The notes below the pieces were generated by a model. It made no database searches and was not told the origin of the DNA. It worked only from the letters and a program-made list of their open reading frames with translations. The position numbers and the translations under genes are program-made. DNA of 64,000 nt, taken from assembly GCA_963849825.1 (NCBI GenBank), contig CAWKIK010000003.1:179700-243699 (forward strand), in the 5' to 3' direction. The stretch is from an uncultured Gammaproteobacteria bacterium. Lineage in GTDB: Bacteria; Pseudomonadota; Gammaproteobacteria; JASBUN01. This document shows, piece by piece, positions 18,537 to 27,646 of this stretch. Position 1 is the first letter of the stretch. Every line of letters starts with the position of its first letter.

Positions 18537-19211
18537 TTAACGAATCTCGCGCAAACTCGAGAGGGCTAAAGACCCGAGGCCGGCGAGATTGACCTGAGGT
18601 TCCTGACCGACGCCGCCGAAGGTCACGCTTTCCACAGGCGCTTGCGCGAAGCGATCGAGGTCCACGTTGTCACCACCGATCACGGCTTGAGCCTGCACTT
18701 TGTAAAGACCGGGCTGCAGCGCGGAACCGTCGTCCGCGGTGCCATCCCAGCGATAATCCTTCAGTCCTTTCTCCTGGGCACCCAACGACATGTGTTTGAT
18801 CACCTGTCCGGCGCCGTCCAGGATGCTGAGGACGACATCGGACGCGTTGTCCGGCACATCCACTGCACCGGACAGACCGTTGCTGTCCAAGAGCCCGTAC
18901 TGAGTCGGCGCGAGCACGTTGCGACCCACCAGGGATGCACTCTGCAGGCTCTGGTTGGAAACCATGGAGCTGGCGAAGGTGTCGAAGGACTTCTGCAAGT
19001 CCTGAATACCCTGCACCGAACTGAACTGAGCGATCTGCGTCATGAACTCGCCGCTTTGCATGGGTTTGAAGGGATCCTGGTTGGCAAGTTGAGTGGTCAT
19101 CAGCTTCAGAAAATCCTGCTGTCCCAGTTGATCCTTGGCTTTCGCTGTCGGCGCCGCAGCCAAGCCTGCATTCAAATACGAACTATCGATTGGACTCGTC
19201 ATCACTGTCAC
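18537..19211 (-). CDS. flgD: Flagellar hook capping/assembly protein FlgD
   Basis: FlgD N-terminal pattern (LGQQDFLKLMTTQLANQDPFKPM), 224 aa, position between flgC and flgE. Confidence 0.88.
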   Translation of the reverse strand: MTVMTSPIDSSYLNAGLAAAPTAKAKDQLGQQDFLKLMTTQLANQDPFKPMQSGEFMTQIAQFSSVQGIQDLQKSFDTFASSMVSNQSLQSASLVGRNVLAPTQYGLLDSNGLSGAVDVPDNASDVVLSILDGAGQVIKHMSLGAQEKGLKDYRWDGTADDGSALQPGLYKVQAQAVIGGDNVDLDRFAQAPVESVTFGGVGQEPQVNLAGLGSLALSSLREIR

Positions 19212-19219
19212 CTTCGGGC

Positions 19220-19636
19220 TTATTCGCCCATCCTGATCGTGGCCATCATCAACTGCTTGGTGGTGTTCAGCACTTGGACGTTGTTCTGGAAACTGCGCGA
19301 GGCCGACATCATGTTGGCCATTTCTTCCACAGGATTGACGTTCGAGTGGTACACGTAGCCGTCGGCATCGGCGAGCGGATTGCCGGGTTCATGCACTTTT
19401 TCGGGCTCGCCGGTCTTCTCGACGATGCCGAGCGTGCGCACGCCGACATCCGAGCCGTCGCTGTTGCGAGCGCGATCGAGAACGGCGGCGAACACCGGTT
19501 CGCGCGCGCGGTACACATCTTTGGGATCGCCGCTCATGCTGTTGACGTTGGCCATATTGCTGGCGACGGTATTGAGGCGCACCGATTGGGCACTCATGCC
19601 CGAACCTGCGATGTTGAATACGGAAAACAGTGACAT
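19220..19636 (-). CDS. flgC: Flagellar proximal rod protein FlgC
   Basis: MSLFSVFNIAGSGMSAQSVRLNTVASNMANVNS, 138 aa. Confidence 0.92.
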   Translation of the reverse strand: MSLFSVFNIAGSGMSAQSVRLNTVASNMANVNSMSGDPKDVYRAREPVFAAVLDRARNSDGSDVGVRTLGIVEKTGEPEKVHEPGNPLADADGYVYHSNVNPVEEMANMMSASRSFQNNVQVLNTTKQLMMATIRMGE

Positions 19637-19639
19637 GGC

Positions 19640-20032
19640 TTATTGATCCTTCATTGCGTTGACCATGCCGCGAAAGCGGCCGCTGAGAAATTTCAACGTC
19701 GCCTGATAGCGCAACGCGTTTTCGGCGAATGCCGCTTGTTCGGCATCGATATCGACCGTGTTGCCGTCGAGGGAGGACTGACTCGGAACGCGATACAGCA
19801 ATTCGCCGCCGGGAAGATCAGCGCCGCGGGCTTGGATGTGATTGGGATTGGTGGCGACCAGGCGCACACTGTGACCGGCCTGCTGCAAAGCGCTGCGAAA
19901 GTCGATGTCCCGCGCCTTGTAGTCCGGGGTATCGGCATTGGCCAGATTCGAAGCCAATACACCGGCACGACGCGACTGCAGATACAATGCTTGCTCGTGG
20001 CTGCCCAGGGCCTTGTCGAAATTGATTGCCAT
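19640..20032 (-). CDS. flgB: Flagellar proximal rod protein FlgB
   Basis: MAINFDKALGSHEQALYLQSRRAGVLASNLANADTPDYKARDIDF. Start ATG 20032 with GGAG SD; ORF-track start 20044 adds 4 aa. Confidence 0.9.
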   Translation of the reverse strand: MAINFDKALGSHEQALYLQSRRAGVLASNLANADTPDYKARDIDFRSALQQAGHSVRLVATNPNHIQARGADLPGGELLYRVPSQSSLDGNTVDIDAEQAAFAENALRYQATLKFLSGRFRGMVNAMKDQ

Positions 20033-20071
20033 CTTGCGCTCCATAGCTGATTGCCATTGCGAGCGAATAAA

Positions 20072-20086
20072 GCAACTGCCGTGCCA
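20072..20086 (-). promoter_or_regulatory. Sigma-54 promoter (perfect TGGCAC-N5-TTGC) upstream of flgB
   Basis: Minus-strand TGGCACGGCAGTTGC, ~40 nt upstream of the flgB ATG. Confidence 0.6.
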
Positions 20087-20357
20087 AATCTTATTTTATC
20101 GATTTTTCAGGCGGTTGAGTGCCGTCATGAGCGGCATGCCGGCCTCGGATCGGCGAGTGTTTGCCATCCTGGCGGCAATTGCGGCAATTGCGGCAAGCCG
20201 GGCGGGGCGTGCGTGGCCGAACGCCACGGCGGGAACCTGAGCGCGGAAACGCGGCTCGCGCGAATCGACGGTATTCGTCGGAAATCGGGATTCAGCGCTG
20301 CGGGAGATCGAATAACACGACCGGCAAGGTTGCCGAGCGCGAACAAGGCCGGGGCCG

Positions 20358-21236
20358 TCAGCCTTTCAGGCGATACACAACACCACCGCCGTGACGCACC
20401 ATCTCGAATGCGTCGCTAAGACCGGTAATGGACTCGGAGCCACCGAGGAACAGGTAGCCACCAGGGTTGAGCGCGCGGCCTAACCGCTCCAGGATGTCGC
20501 GCTTGGAATCGCCTGAAAAGTAGATCAACACATTGCGGCAAAAGATCACGTCGAAGCGCCCCAGCAAGGCATAGCTTTGCAGTAGGTTCAGCTCGCGGAA
20601 CTGCACCCGCTTGCGAACCGCGGGAATGATTTCCATCATATCGCCTTCGAGTCTGAAGTAACGCTGTTTACGCTCGAGGGACAGACCCCGCGCCATGGAA
20701 AGCGAATCGTAGCGCCCTGAGCGGGCTTGATTCACGATCGCCGGAGAAATATCCGTGGCAACGATGGCGACTTCACCGCTCATTACCCCCGGATTGGACA
20801 TCTGGAACTCGTGCACGATCATGCTGATCGAATAGGGTTCCTGGCCCGAGGAACAGGCCGCGGACCATACCCGGATCGGGTTTCGCCGCAATTTGCCGAG
20901 TTCGGGGAAGATCAGCTCCTTCAACGTCGCAAACGGATGGTTGTCGCGGAACCAGGATGTTTCGTTGGTGGTCATCGCTTCGACGATACGGCTGCGCAAC
21001 GGGGTTTGCGCATCGCGCTTGATTGCGGCGACCAAGTCTGCGAACGATTTCAGATCGAACTCGTGCATGACGCGGCTGAGACGGCTGGACACGAGGTATT
21101 GCTTGTTTTCGCCCAGGACGATGCCGCACGCTTTCTCAAGAAAAGTGCGAAAATCCCGATATTCTTCCGGGCTGATCACGGTCGCGGACAAAGTCGTGTT
21201 CCGTTGCTGAAGGTTAGAAATCACGCGCATGCACAA
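20358..21236 (-). CDS. cheR: Chemotaxis protein methyltransferase CheR
   Basis: CheR N-terminal helical domain plus SAM-MTase core (IWSAACSSGQEPYSI), 292 aa. Confidence 0.88.
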   Translation of the reverse strand: MCMRVISNLQQRNTTLSATVISPEEYRDFRTFLEKACGIVLGENKQYLVSSRLSRVMHEFDLKSFADLVAAIKRDAQTPLRSRIVEAMTTNETSWFRDNHPFATLKELIFPELGKLRRNPIRVWSAACSSGQEPYSISMIVHEFQMSNPGVMSGEVAIVATDISPAIVNQARSGRYDSLSMARGLSLERKQRYFRLEGDMMEIIPAVRKRVQFRELNLLQSYALLGRFDVIFCRNVLIYFSGDSKRDILERLGRALNPGGYLFLGGSESITGLSDAFEMVRHGGGVVYRLKG

Positions 21237-21352
21237 CCGTTCACAACGGCACGCCGCGCGACAAATTCATTTAGCACGCACACGCGCGCCGCCGCAAGAA
21301 AAAGTCGGACCATGTTGCTGGGGCAGGTTGGGAAAGGCGCGTCAGCGTGTAA

Positions 21353-22306
21353 TCAGACCGCTATCGCCGCCGCGCCGCTCAATTCGTCCAACGCCGCGGT
21401 GACGCCGGTCGCCAGCTCGTCGGGATCGAACTTGGCGATGAACTTGTTAGCACCCACTTTTTCCACCATCGCATTATTGAACACACCGCTGAGCGACGTG
21501 TGTAAAAGCACGTACAACTGATTTAAGCGGGGATCCTTGCGCAATTCGGTGGTCAACGTATAGCCATCCATCTCCGGCATTTCGACGTCGGAAATCACCA
21601 TTGAAACGTTGTCGAAAATCGCCCCTTCGCTGGCCCAATTCTGGAGCATGTCCAGCGCTTCACGACCGTTGCGGGCGAGGACACAGTCGAAGCCCAATTG
21701 CTGCAGGGTGCGTTTGACCTGATTGCGCGCAACACTGGAATCGTCGACCACTAAAATGCGACGGACGTTTTCGCGGCTACCCAGGCCCGCACGCACATCT
21801 TCGGAAATGTCGCCCTGGGTACCGATCACCTCGGACAGCACTTTCTCCACGTCGATGATTTCGACCAGTTTGTTATCCACGCGGGTGACCGCCGTTAGAT
21901 AGCTGCGCATGGCGGAGCCTTTCGGCGGCGGCAGGATTTCTTCCCAATTCATATTGACGATGCGATCCACGGCCCCGACGAGGAAACCTTGGATGCGACG
22001 GTTGTACTCGGTCACGATCACGTAGCAGGTTTGCAAATCCGCGACCGGGGCCCGTCCGATCGCCATGGCCAAATCGATTACCGGAATGGTTTTACCGCGC
22101 ATGTGGGCGACGCCGCGCACCACCGGGTTGGCATTGGGCAGGCGCGTGAGCGGCGGACACTGGACGACCTCCTGCACCTTGAACACATTGATACCGAATA
22201 ACTGCGAACCGCCGACGCGAAACAAAAGCAGTTCCAGGCGATTGTGCCCCGCCAGGCGAGTCCGTTGATCGACACTGTCCAAGAGCCCTGCCATCTTCAT
22301 CTCCAA
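21353..22306 (-). CDS. cheV: Chemotaxis coupling protein CheV (CheW-like domain + receiver domain)
   Basis: N-terminal CheW-like domain and C-terminal receiver (RILVVDDSSVARNQVKRTLQQLGF...DVEMPEMDGY). Confidence 0.85.
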   Translation of the reverse strand: MEMKMAGLLDSVDQRTRLAGHNRLELLLFRVGGSQLFGINVFKVQEVVQCPPLTRLPNANPVVRGVAHMRGKTIPVIDLAMAIGRAPVADLQTCYVIVTEYNRRIQGFLVGAVDRIVNMNWEEILPPPKGSAMRSYLTAVTRVDNKLVEIIDVEKVLSEVIGTQGDISEDVRAGLGSRENVRRILVVDDSSVARNQVKRTLQQLGFDCVLARNGREALDMLQNWASEGAIFDNVSMVISDVEMPEMDGYTLTTELRKDPRLNQLYVLLHTSLSGVFNNAMVEKVGANKFIAKFDPDELATGVTAALDELSGAAAIAV

Positions 22307-22366
22307 ATGTATCGTGGCTTTGGTGGTTTATCGGCCGCGATCCGCCGAAGCTTAAGGCCGCGCTTT

Positions 22367-22382
22367 TCGGCACGGGATTTGC
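22367..22382 (+). promoter_or_regulatory. Sigma-54-type promoter (CGGCAC-N5-TTGC, one mismatch at -26) upstream of flgA
   Basis: Plus-strand TCGGCACGGGATTTGC. GG/GC spacing is correct; ~60-90 nt upstream of the flgA start. Confidence 0.4.
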
Positions 22383-22443
22383 TGGTAGAACTCCGGAGCG
22401 GGCTACGCGTCGCATCTCTGACGCTTGCCCACCGGATTGGGAA

Positions 22444-23175
22444 TTGGGTGTTATATTGTTGATCATCGAAAAAAAATGGTTGCACGCTCTATTCTTGGCG
22501 GCCGCGTTCTGCAGCTTCGGGGCGCACGGCGAACGCGCAGCGATACAGTCCACGGATAGTATCCGCGCCCGCGCCAAGGAGTTCTTGGCGGCGCGGCTCG
22601 AACCGTCGCAGCGAAACGATGCACAAATCGAGGTCGGAAGGCTCGATCCGCGTTTGCGCCTGCGGCAATGCGACGCCCCCCTGCAGGCCTTTGCCGTGGG
22701 TCATCGGCCGAGCATCGGCGCCACCAGCGTTGGCATTCGCTGTGACGACCACAAACCGTGGACGTTGTATGTCACCGCTCAAGTAGTGGTATACGGCGAC
22801 GTCGTCGTCGCAGCCCGCGCCGTCAACCGCGGCGATGAAGTACGTCCGGGCGATCTGCGCCTGCAACGCAAAGATTTATCCAAACTAGCCTACGGTTATC
22901 TGACCCAGCTGCAGTCAGCCACGGGGAAAGTCCTGAAACGGAACTACATCAGCGGCGACGTCGTACAACCCGATCAACTGCAGGCGCCGAAACTGGTCAA
23001 GCGCGGGCAGCAGGTCACCCTGCACGCTGAAACTGGGGGCATCGAAGTGCGGATGGCCGGAACGGCCTTGAGCGACGGTGCGGCCGGCGACCGGATCCGA
23101 GTCCGCAACAGCCGCTCCAATCGCATCGTCGAAGGCGAAGTCGAGGCGGAGGGCGTGGTCAAAATTCGAATTTGA
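22444..23175 (+). CDS. flgA: Flagellar P-ring formation chaperone FlgA
   Basis: Signal peptide (ALFLAAAFCSFGAHG) followed by FlgA/SAF-like body; C-terminal GDRIRVRN...VVKI motif. Start uncertain (the ORF-track start is a TTG). Confidence 0.8.
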   Translation: MGVILLIIEKKWLHALFLAAAFCSFGAHGERAAIQSTDSIRARAKEFLAARLEPSQRNDAQIEVGRLDPRLRLRQCDAPLQAFAVGHRPSIGATSVGIRCDDHKPWTLYVTAQVVVYGDVVVAARAVNRGDEVRPGDLRLQRKDLSKLAYGYLTQLQSATGKVLKRNYISGDVVQPDQLQAPKLVKRGQQVTLHAETGGIEVRMAGTALSDGAAGDRIRVRNSRSNRIVEGEVEAEGVVKIRI

Positions 23176-23250
23176 GCATCAGGCGCATCCCGCCGGGACC
23201 GCGCATGGCGACGATGTTAAACTTGGGTGAACTACTCCACATCTATACGT

Positions 23251-23278
23251 TAAAGTTCTAATGCGAGTAGCCGTTACA
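23251..23278 (+). promoter_or_regulatory. Sigma-28 (FliA) class III promoter upstream of flgM
   Basis: TAAAG-N15-CCGTTACA vs consensus TAAAG-N15-GCCGATAA; ~40 nt upstream of the flgM ATG. Confidence 0.45.
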
Positions 23279-23318
23279 GAGTGCGGAAAGGTACATTAGT
23301 TACCGAGGAGCATTTGCA

Positions 23319-23636
23319 ATGGCTATAGAAATCAATAGGTTAAACGGGCCCAGCAGTCAGGGGACGGAAACCGGACAGGTTTCGTCGGCGAGCAACAATA
23401 CTCATCATTCTCAAACCGCGTCTTCCCAGGACCCGGCGCGTGTCGATTCCGTCAACCTCACGGATACCGGCCGCCAGTTGTCCCGCTTGGAAAGCGAAAT
23501 TCGCAACGTCCCGGTCGTGGACACGAAACGAGTGGATTCGGTGCGCGAGAGCGTCAACGACGGCACCTATACCGTCGACAACCGGGCCGTGGCCCACAAA
23601 TTGATGCAATTCGAAGCCTATCTACCCAATAACTGA
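23319..23636 (+). CDS. flgM: Anti-sigma-28 factor FlgM
   Basis: 105 aa with a disordered N-terminal half; C-terminal KRVDSVRESVNDGTYTVDNRAVAHKLMQFE FlgM motif. Confidence 0.88.
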   Translation: MAIEINRLNGPSSQGTETGQVSSASNNTHHSQTASSQDPARVDSVNLTDTGRQLSRLESEIRNVPVVDTKRVDSVRESVNDGTYTVDNRAVAHKLMQFEAYLPNN

Positions 23637-23650
23637 GAACGGCTACGCTC

Positions 23651-24127
23651 ATGAGCACGCACCCGGGACCGCAGTTGGCGAAATTGATGGACCAGGAGAT
23701 CGAGACGGCACGAACGCTGCTCGACACGCTGCAGGACGAGACCCGAGCGCTCGGGCGGGACCCGGACGCACTGGAACAGGCGGCGCAACGTAAGCAAGGC
23801 TTGGTCAGTCGCATGGAAAGCCTGCACAACCAGCGCTGTGCGTTGTTGCAAAGCAGCGGCTGCCCCGCATCGCGCGGCGGCTTGGAGACATTCATCAACC
23901 GGTTCGACCACGGCGGGCGGTTACGCAACCGTTGGGCGAGTCTGCTGGAGATCACCGGACAATGTCGCGACGCCAACCTGAGCAACGGCGCGGCGGTGGA
24001 GTTGAGCAGACAACACTTGCGCCAGGCGTTGGCGGCACTCCACGGACAATCGTCGCAAACGGTCACCTACAGTGCCAGCGGTGAAAGCCAAGCCGCCGCA
24101 TTCAGCCGCGTGTTGGCAAAGGCCTGA
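23651..24127 (+). CDS. flgN: Flagellar export chaperone FlgN
   Basis: 158 aa helical protein immediately after flgM with FlgN-like N-terminus (LAKLMDQEIETARTLLDTLQDE). Confidence 0.8.
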   Translation: MSTHPGPQLAKLMDQEIETARTLLDTLQDETRALGRDPDALEQAAQRKQGLVSRMESLHNQRCALLQSSGCPASRGGLETFINRFDHGGRLRNRWASLLEITGQCRDANLSNGAAVELSRQHLRQALAALHGQSSQTVTYSASGESQAAAFSRVLAKA

Positions 24128-24235
24128 CCGGGCTACCGCGCAATCCGGGGGCACGGCCGCAACGCCGGCCAGCGCCCGACCGACTCCGGATCGACCTCCA
24201 ATCCCCTTCGGTACGGCGCCGCGCGCTGCGCCAGC

Positions 24236-25057
24236 GTGCCATATGCGCTCAACCATTTTCCTGCTGCTGCCGACAACCCCAATCAGGAGCTGACCGCGCC
24301 GGTAAGCGTAGTGGCTAGGCCGGCCACGAGCCGTTCGTCTGTGAGGAAAATTCCGTTGGCCCAAGGCGATCCCATCCGCGATCCGCAAATCATTGCCAGC
24401 CTGCTGCGCCGGATCGCGGACCAGCGCGTGCTGTTGCGCGTGACCGTGCCGGGCTTTCGCAGTAGCTACAACAGCGCCATATTGCGCATTGACCCGCAAC
24501 AGGATTTTTTGATCCTGGATGAGCTCAATCCGCGCCAGGGCCACGAACGTTTGATCGAGGTTCGACGCCTGAATGCCAGCGCCGCGGTCCAAGGTGTTGA
24601 AACCCGCTTCAGCGCTGACCTGGCGGAAATCGGCGACTCGGCCGGTATCGCCTATTATCGCCTGCCTTTCCCGAAACAAGTGCTGTATGTTCAGCGGCGC
24701 ACCAGCTTCCGGGTGAAAGTCAGCATGACCGCACCCATTGCCGCGATCTTCGAACACGGCGAGGGCCCTTCCCTGCGCGGCCGCATCCTCGATTTGTCCG
24801 AGGGCGGCATCGGCGTCGAGTTCAGCCAATTCGTCACCTTGCGCCCGGGCGAGATCGTACCCTGCCAAATGCGGCTGCCGGACGGCCGCCAAGTGGGATG
24901 CAAACTGGAAGTGCGGCATTGCAGCGCCACCCAGGATCCAGCACGTGTGCGCATCGGCGGCCGGTTCGTGGAGCTGCAGCCGCAGCGGCGCAAAGCGTTG
25001 TCGCGCCTGGTCGCCGACTTGCAAAGGGAGCTGATCCGCAAGCAGCCGCGCGGTTAG
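24236..25057 (+). CDS. flgZ: YcgR/FlgZ-type flagellar brake protein (PilZN + PilZ c-di-GMP-binding domains)
   Basis: PilZ motifs RRTSFR (RxxxR) and DLSEGGIGVEF (DxSxxG). Position directly downstream of flgMN as in Pseudomonas. The true start may lie ~35 codons downstream of the GTG given in the ORF track. Confidence 0.75.
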   Translation: MPYALNHFPAAADNPNQELTAPVSVVARPATSRSSVRKIPLAQGDPIRDPQIIASLLRRIADQRVLLRVTVPGFRSSYNSAILRIDPQQDFLILDELNPRQGHERLIEVRRLNASAAVQGVETRFSADLAEIGDSAGIAYYRLPFPKQVLYVQRRTSFRVKVSMTAPIAAIFEHGEGPSLRGRILDLSEGGIGVEFSQFVTLRPGEIVPCQMRLPDGRQVGCKLEVRHCSATQDPARVRIGGRFVELQPQRRKALSRLVADLQRELIRKQPRG

Positions 25058-25128
25058 CGACAGTAGATGGCGACGCCGGGGATCGGAGTGTTAGAATACG
25101 GCGCTGCTGACGCGTTCGGCAGACTTAC

Positions 25129-25204
<76 letters not shown>

Positions 25205-25216
25205 AATTTCCCCGCC

Positions 25217-25242
25217 GCGGGCGTCCGCGCCCGCTTTTCTTT
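25217..25242 (+). terminator. Rho-independent terminator between the two tRNAs (GCGGGCG-tccg-CGCCCGC followed by TTTTCTTT)
   Basis: 7-bp GC stem, 4-nt loop, U-rich tail. Confidence 0.55.
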
Positions 25243-25258
25243 CGAAATTGATCACCCG

Positions 25259-25335
25259 GCCCTTGTAGCTCAGCTGGATAGAGCAATCGCCTCCTAAGCG
25301 GTAGGTCGCAGGTTCGAATCCTGCCAAGGGCACCA
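25259..25335 (+). tRNA. tRNA-Arg (anticodon CCT)
   Basis: GCCCTTG-TA-GCTC-AGCTGGATA-GAGC-A-ATCGC-CTCCTAA-GCGGT-AGGTC-GCAGG-TTCGAAT-CCTGC-CAAGGGC-A-CCA. Confidence 0.9.
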
Positions 25336-25346
25336 CGTCTTGGGGC

Positions 25347-27548
25347 TCAACCGTCGCGCCGGGCCTCGATCACGTTGGGCAACTGTCCGATCTTGTCCAG
25401 CAACCGGCTCAGCTGGCGCAGATCGCTGATTTCCATCGACAAGCGCATATGCGCCAGATGCGCCTTGTCGGTGACGGTGTTGAGCGCGATGACGTTGATC
25501 TTTTCATTTGACAATACCGAGGTCACGTCGCGCAGCAGCCCCTGCCGATCATAGGCGATGATCTGCACATCAACGGTGTAGACCGACTCCGGCGTCCCAC
25601 CCCAGGACACCTCGATCAAACGTTCACGCGCCTGGTTTTGCATGCGCAGGACGTTTGGGCAGTCGCTGCGATGAATGGTGACGCCGTGGCCGCGGGTGAT
25701 GTAGCCCAGAATCGAATCCTGCGGCACGGGCTTGCAACAGCGGGCAATGTGGGTCAGCAGGTTGCCGACGCCTTCGATCTTGATATCGCCCGGCAGCCCC
25801 TCGCGCCCGCGTACCCGGGCGGGCCGCACCTTGTCCTTGGCCGGCGCCGGAGCTTGCTCCTGGGCTTCGGCGGCGATCTGATTGGATGTGATTTCACCGC
25901 GGCCGATGGCGGCGAGGAAATCATCCAGACGCTCGAAGCGGAAACGCCGCGCCAAGCGTTCGAAATTCAAATCGACCACGCCCAAGCGGTGCAACTCGCG
26001 CTCCAGGGTGGTGCGGCCCGCGGCGGTGTTCTTTTCGAGATCCTGCTGTTTGAACCAGCTGCGCGCCTTGGCGCGGGCGCGGGAACTTTTCAGATAACCC
26101 AGATGCGGGTTGAGCCAATCGCGGCTGGGAGTGCCGGTGCGGGTGGTCAGAATCTCCACCTGCTCGCCGCTTTTCAGTTCATAGGTCAGCGGCACGATGC
26201 TGCCGTTGACTTTGGCGCCCCGGCAGCGGTGACCGACATCCGTATGGATGTGGTAGGCAAAATCCAACGGCGTCGCCCCGGCGGGCAGGTCGATGACATT
26301 GCCCATGGGCGTCAGCACGTAGACGCGATCTTCGAACACTTCGCCTTTGAAGCGGTCGAGAAACTCGCCTGCACTGGCCTCCTCGTCCTTCCATTCCAGA
26401 ATCTGACGCAGCCACGCGATCTTCTGCTCGAACCCGGCATCGAAACGCGCGCCTTCCTTGTAGCGCCAATGAGCCGCGACGCCGAGTTCCGCATGTGCGT
26501 GCATTTCGTGGGTACGGATCTGCACCTCCAGGTTACGGCCTTCGGGTCCCACCACGGCCGTGTGCAGGGACTGATACTGGTTTTCCTTGGGCGTGGCGAT
26601 GTAATCGTCGAATTCCCTGGGAATGTGCTGCCACAAGGTGTGTACCACGCCGAGGGCGCCGTAGCAGTCGGCAAGGTTGTAGACAAACACGCGCACTGCG
26701 CGAACATCGAAGATGTCTTCGAAGTCGACGCCTTTGCGCTGCATTTTTTTCCAGATGCTGTAGATGTGCTTGGGTCGTCCGGTAACTTCGGCGCGAATAC
26801 CCGCTTCGGCGAGTTCCCTCTGAAGTACCGCTACCACATCGTCGATATAACGGGACCGATCGACCCGCCGTTCGTCCAATAACCGGGCGATACGCTTGTA
26901 GGACTCCGGCTCCAGGTAACGCAGCGCGAGGTCCTCCAATTCCCATTTCAACTGCCAAATGCCGAGCCGATTGGCCAGGGGGGCGAATATGTCCAGCGTC
27001 TCCCGTGCAATCCGGCGCTGGCGTTCCTCGCTCAGGTGAGACAGCGTGCGCATATTGTGCAGACGATCCGCGAGCTTGATCAGTACCACGCGTACGTCGT
27101 CGACCATTGCCAGCAGCATCTTGCGCAAACTCTCGGCGTTCGACCATTCCCTGCGCGAAGCGGTACTCTGCTCGGGATATTGTTGGATGAGCGCCATTTT
27201 GGTGACGCCGTCCACCAACCGCGCCACCGCATCCCCAAACAGGCTCTGCAATTGTTCCAGGGTTACATTGGTGTCTTCGACGACATCGTGGAGCAACGCA
27301 GCCGCAATGGTCTCGTGGTCCAGGGCGAGGTCCGCGAGGATCTCCGCGACCGAGTACACGTGCCGGACGTAAGGTTCGCCGGAGGCGCGGGTCTGCCCTT
27401 GATGAGCTTCCGACGCCACCCGGGCCGCTTCCCGGATCAAAGCGCACTCGGCCTCGGGCCGGCCCGCGCAAATGTCCCGCAGCCAGGCTTCGGTATCGAA
27501 TTGGTTGACGCCGAGCTGACCGGCGTCCTTTTCCTTCACGCGCACCAT
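25347..27548 (-). CDS. spoT: Bifunctional (p)ppGpp synthetase/hydrolase, SpoT-like (RelA/SpoT family)
   Basis: HQGQTRASGEPYVRHV and LLHDVVEDT HD-hydrolase motifs (present in SpoT, degenerate in RelA), synthetase domain, TGS and ACT C-terminus. Start taken at ATG 27548 (MVRVKE). Confidence 0.85.
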   Translation of the reverse strand: MVRVKEKDAGQLGVNQFDTEAWLRDICAGRPEAECALIREAARVASEAHQGQTRASGEPYVRHVYSVAEILADLALDHETIAAALLHDVVEDTNVTLEQLQSLFGDAVARLVDGVTKMALIQQYPEQSTASRREWSNAESLRKMLLAMVDDVRVVLIKLADRLHNMRTLSHLSEERQRRIARETLDIFAPLANRLGIWQLKWELEDLALRYLEPESYKRIARLLDERRVDRSRYIDDVVAVLQRELAEAGIRAEVTGRPKHIYSIWKKMQRKGVDFEDIFDVRAVRVFVYNLADCYGALGVVHTLWQHIPREFDDYIATPKENQYQSLHTAVVGPEGRNLEVQIRTHEMHAHAELGVAAHWRYKEGARFDAGFEQKIAWLRQILEWKDEEASAGEFLDRFKGEVFEDRVYVLTPMGNVIDLPAGATPLDFAYHIHTDVGHRCRGAKVNGSIVPLTYELKSGEQVEILTTRTGTPSRDWLNPHLGYLKSSRARAKARSWFKQQDLEKNTAAGRTTLERELHRLGVVDLNFERLARRFRFERLDDFLAAIGRGEITSNQIAAEAQEQAPAPAKDKVRPARVRGREGLPGDIKIEGVGNLLTHIARCCKPVPQDSILGYITRGHGVTIHRSDCPNVLRMQNQARERLIEVSWGGTPESVYTVDVQIIAYDRQGLLRDVTSVLSNEKINVIALNTVTDKAHLAHMRLSMEISDLRQLSRLLDKIGQLPNVIEARRDG

Positions 27549-27646
27549 GATTGAGCAACCGCTTGGACCCGGGGCGCATCGCGTAGTCCACGCGCGGCAC
27601 CCCACAAGTCATATATGGTGGAACTGCCGATGGTTTGCAAGCGGTC

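Noticed and set aside
20160-20200. Short direct repeat GCGGCAATT x2.5 in the flgB-cheR spacer
   Set aside because: Too short (27 bp) to call a repeat element. Possibly part of an enhancer-binding site but no consensus recognised.
25058-25128. Possible sigma-70 promoter (TAGAAT -10, GC-rich discriminator) for the tRNA pair
   Set aside because: The -35 match is poor (TGGCGA). Plausible, but cannot be supported from sequence alone.
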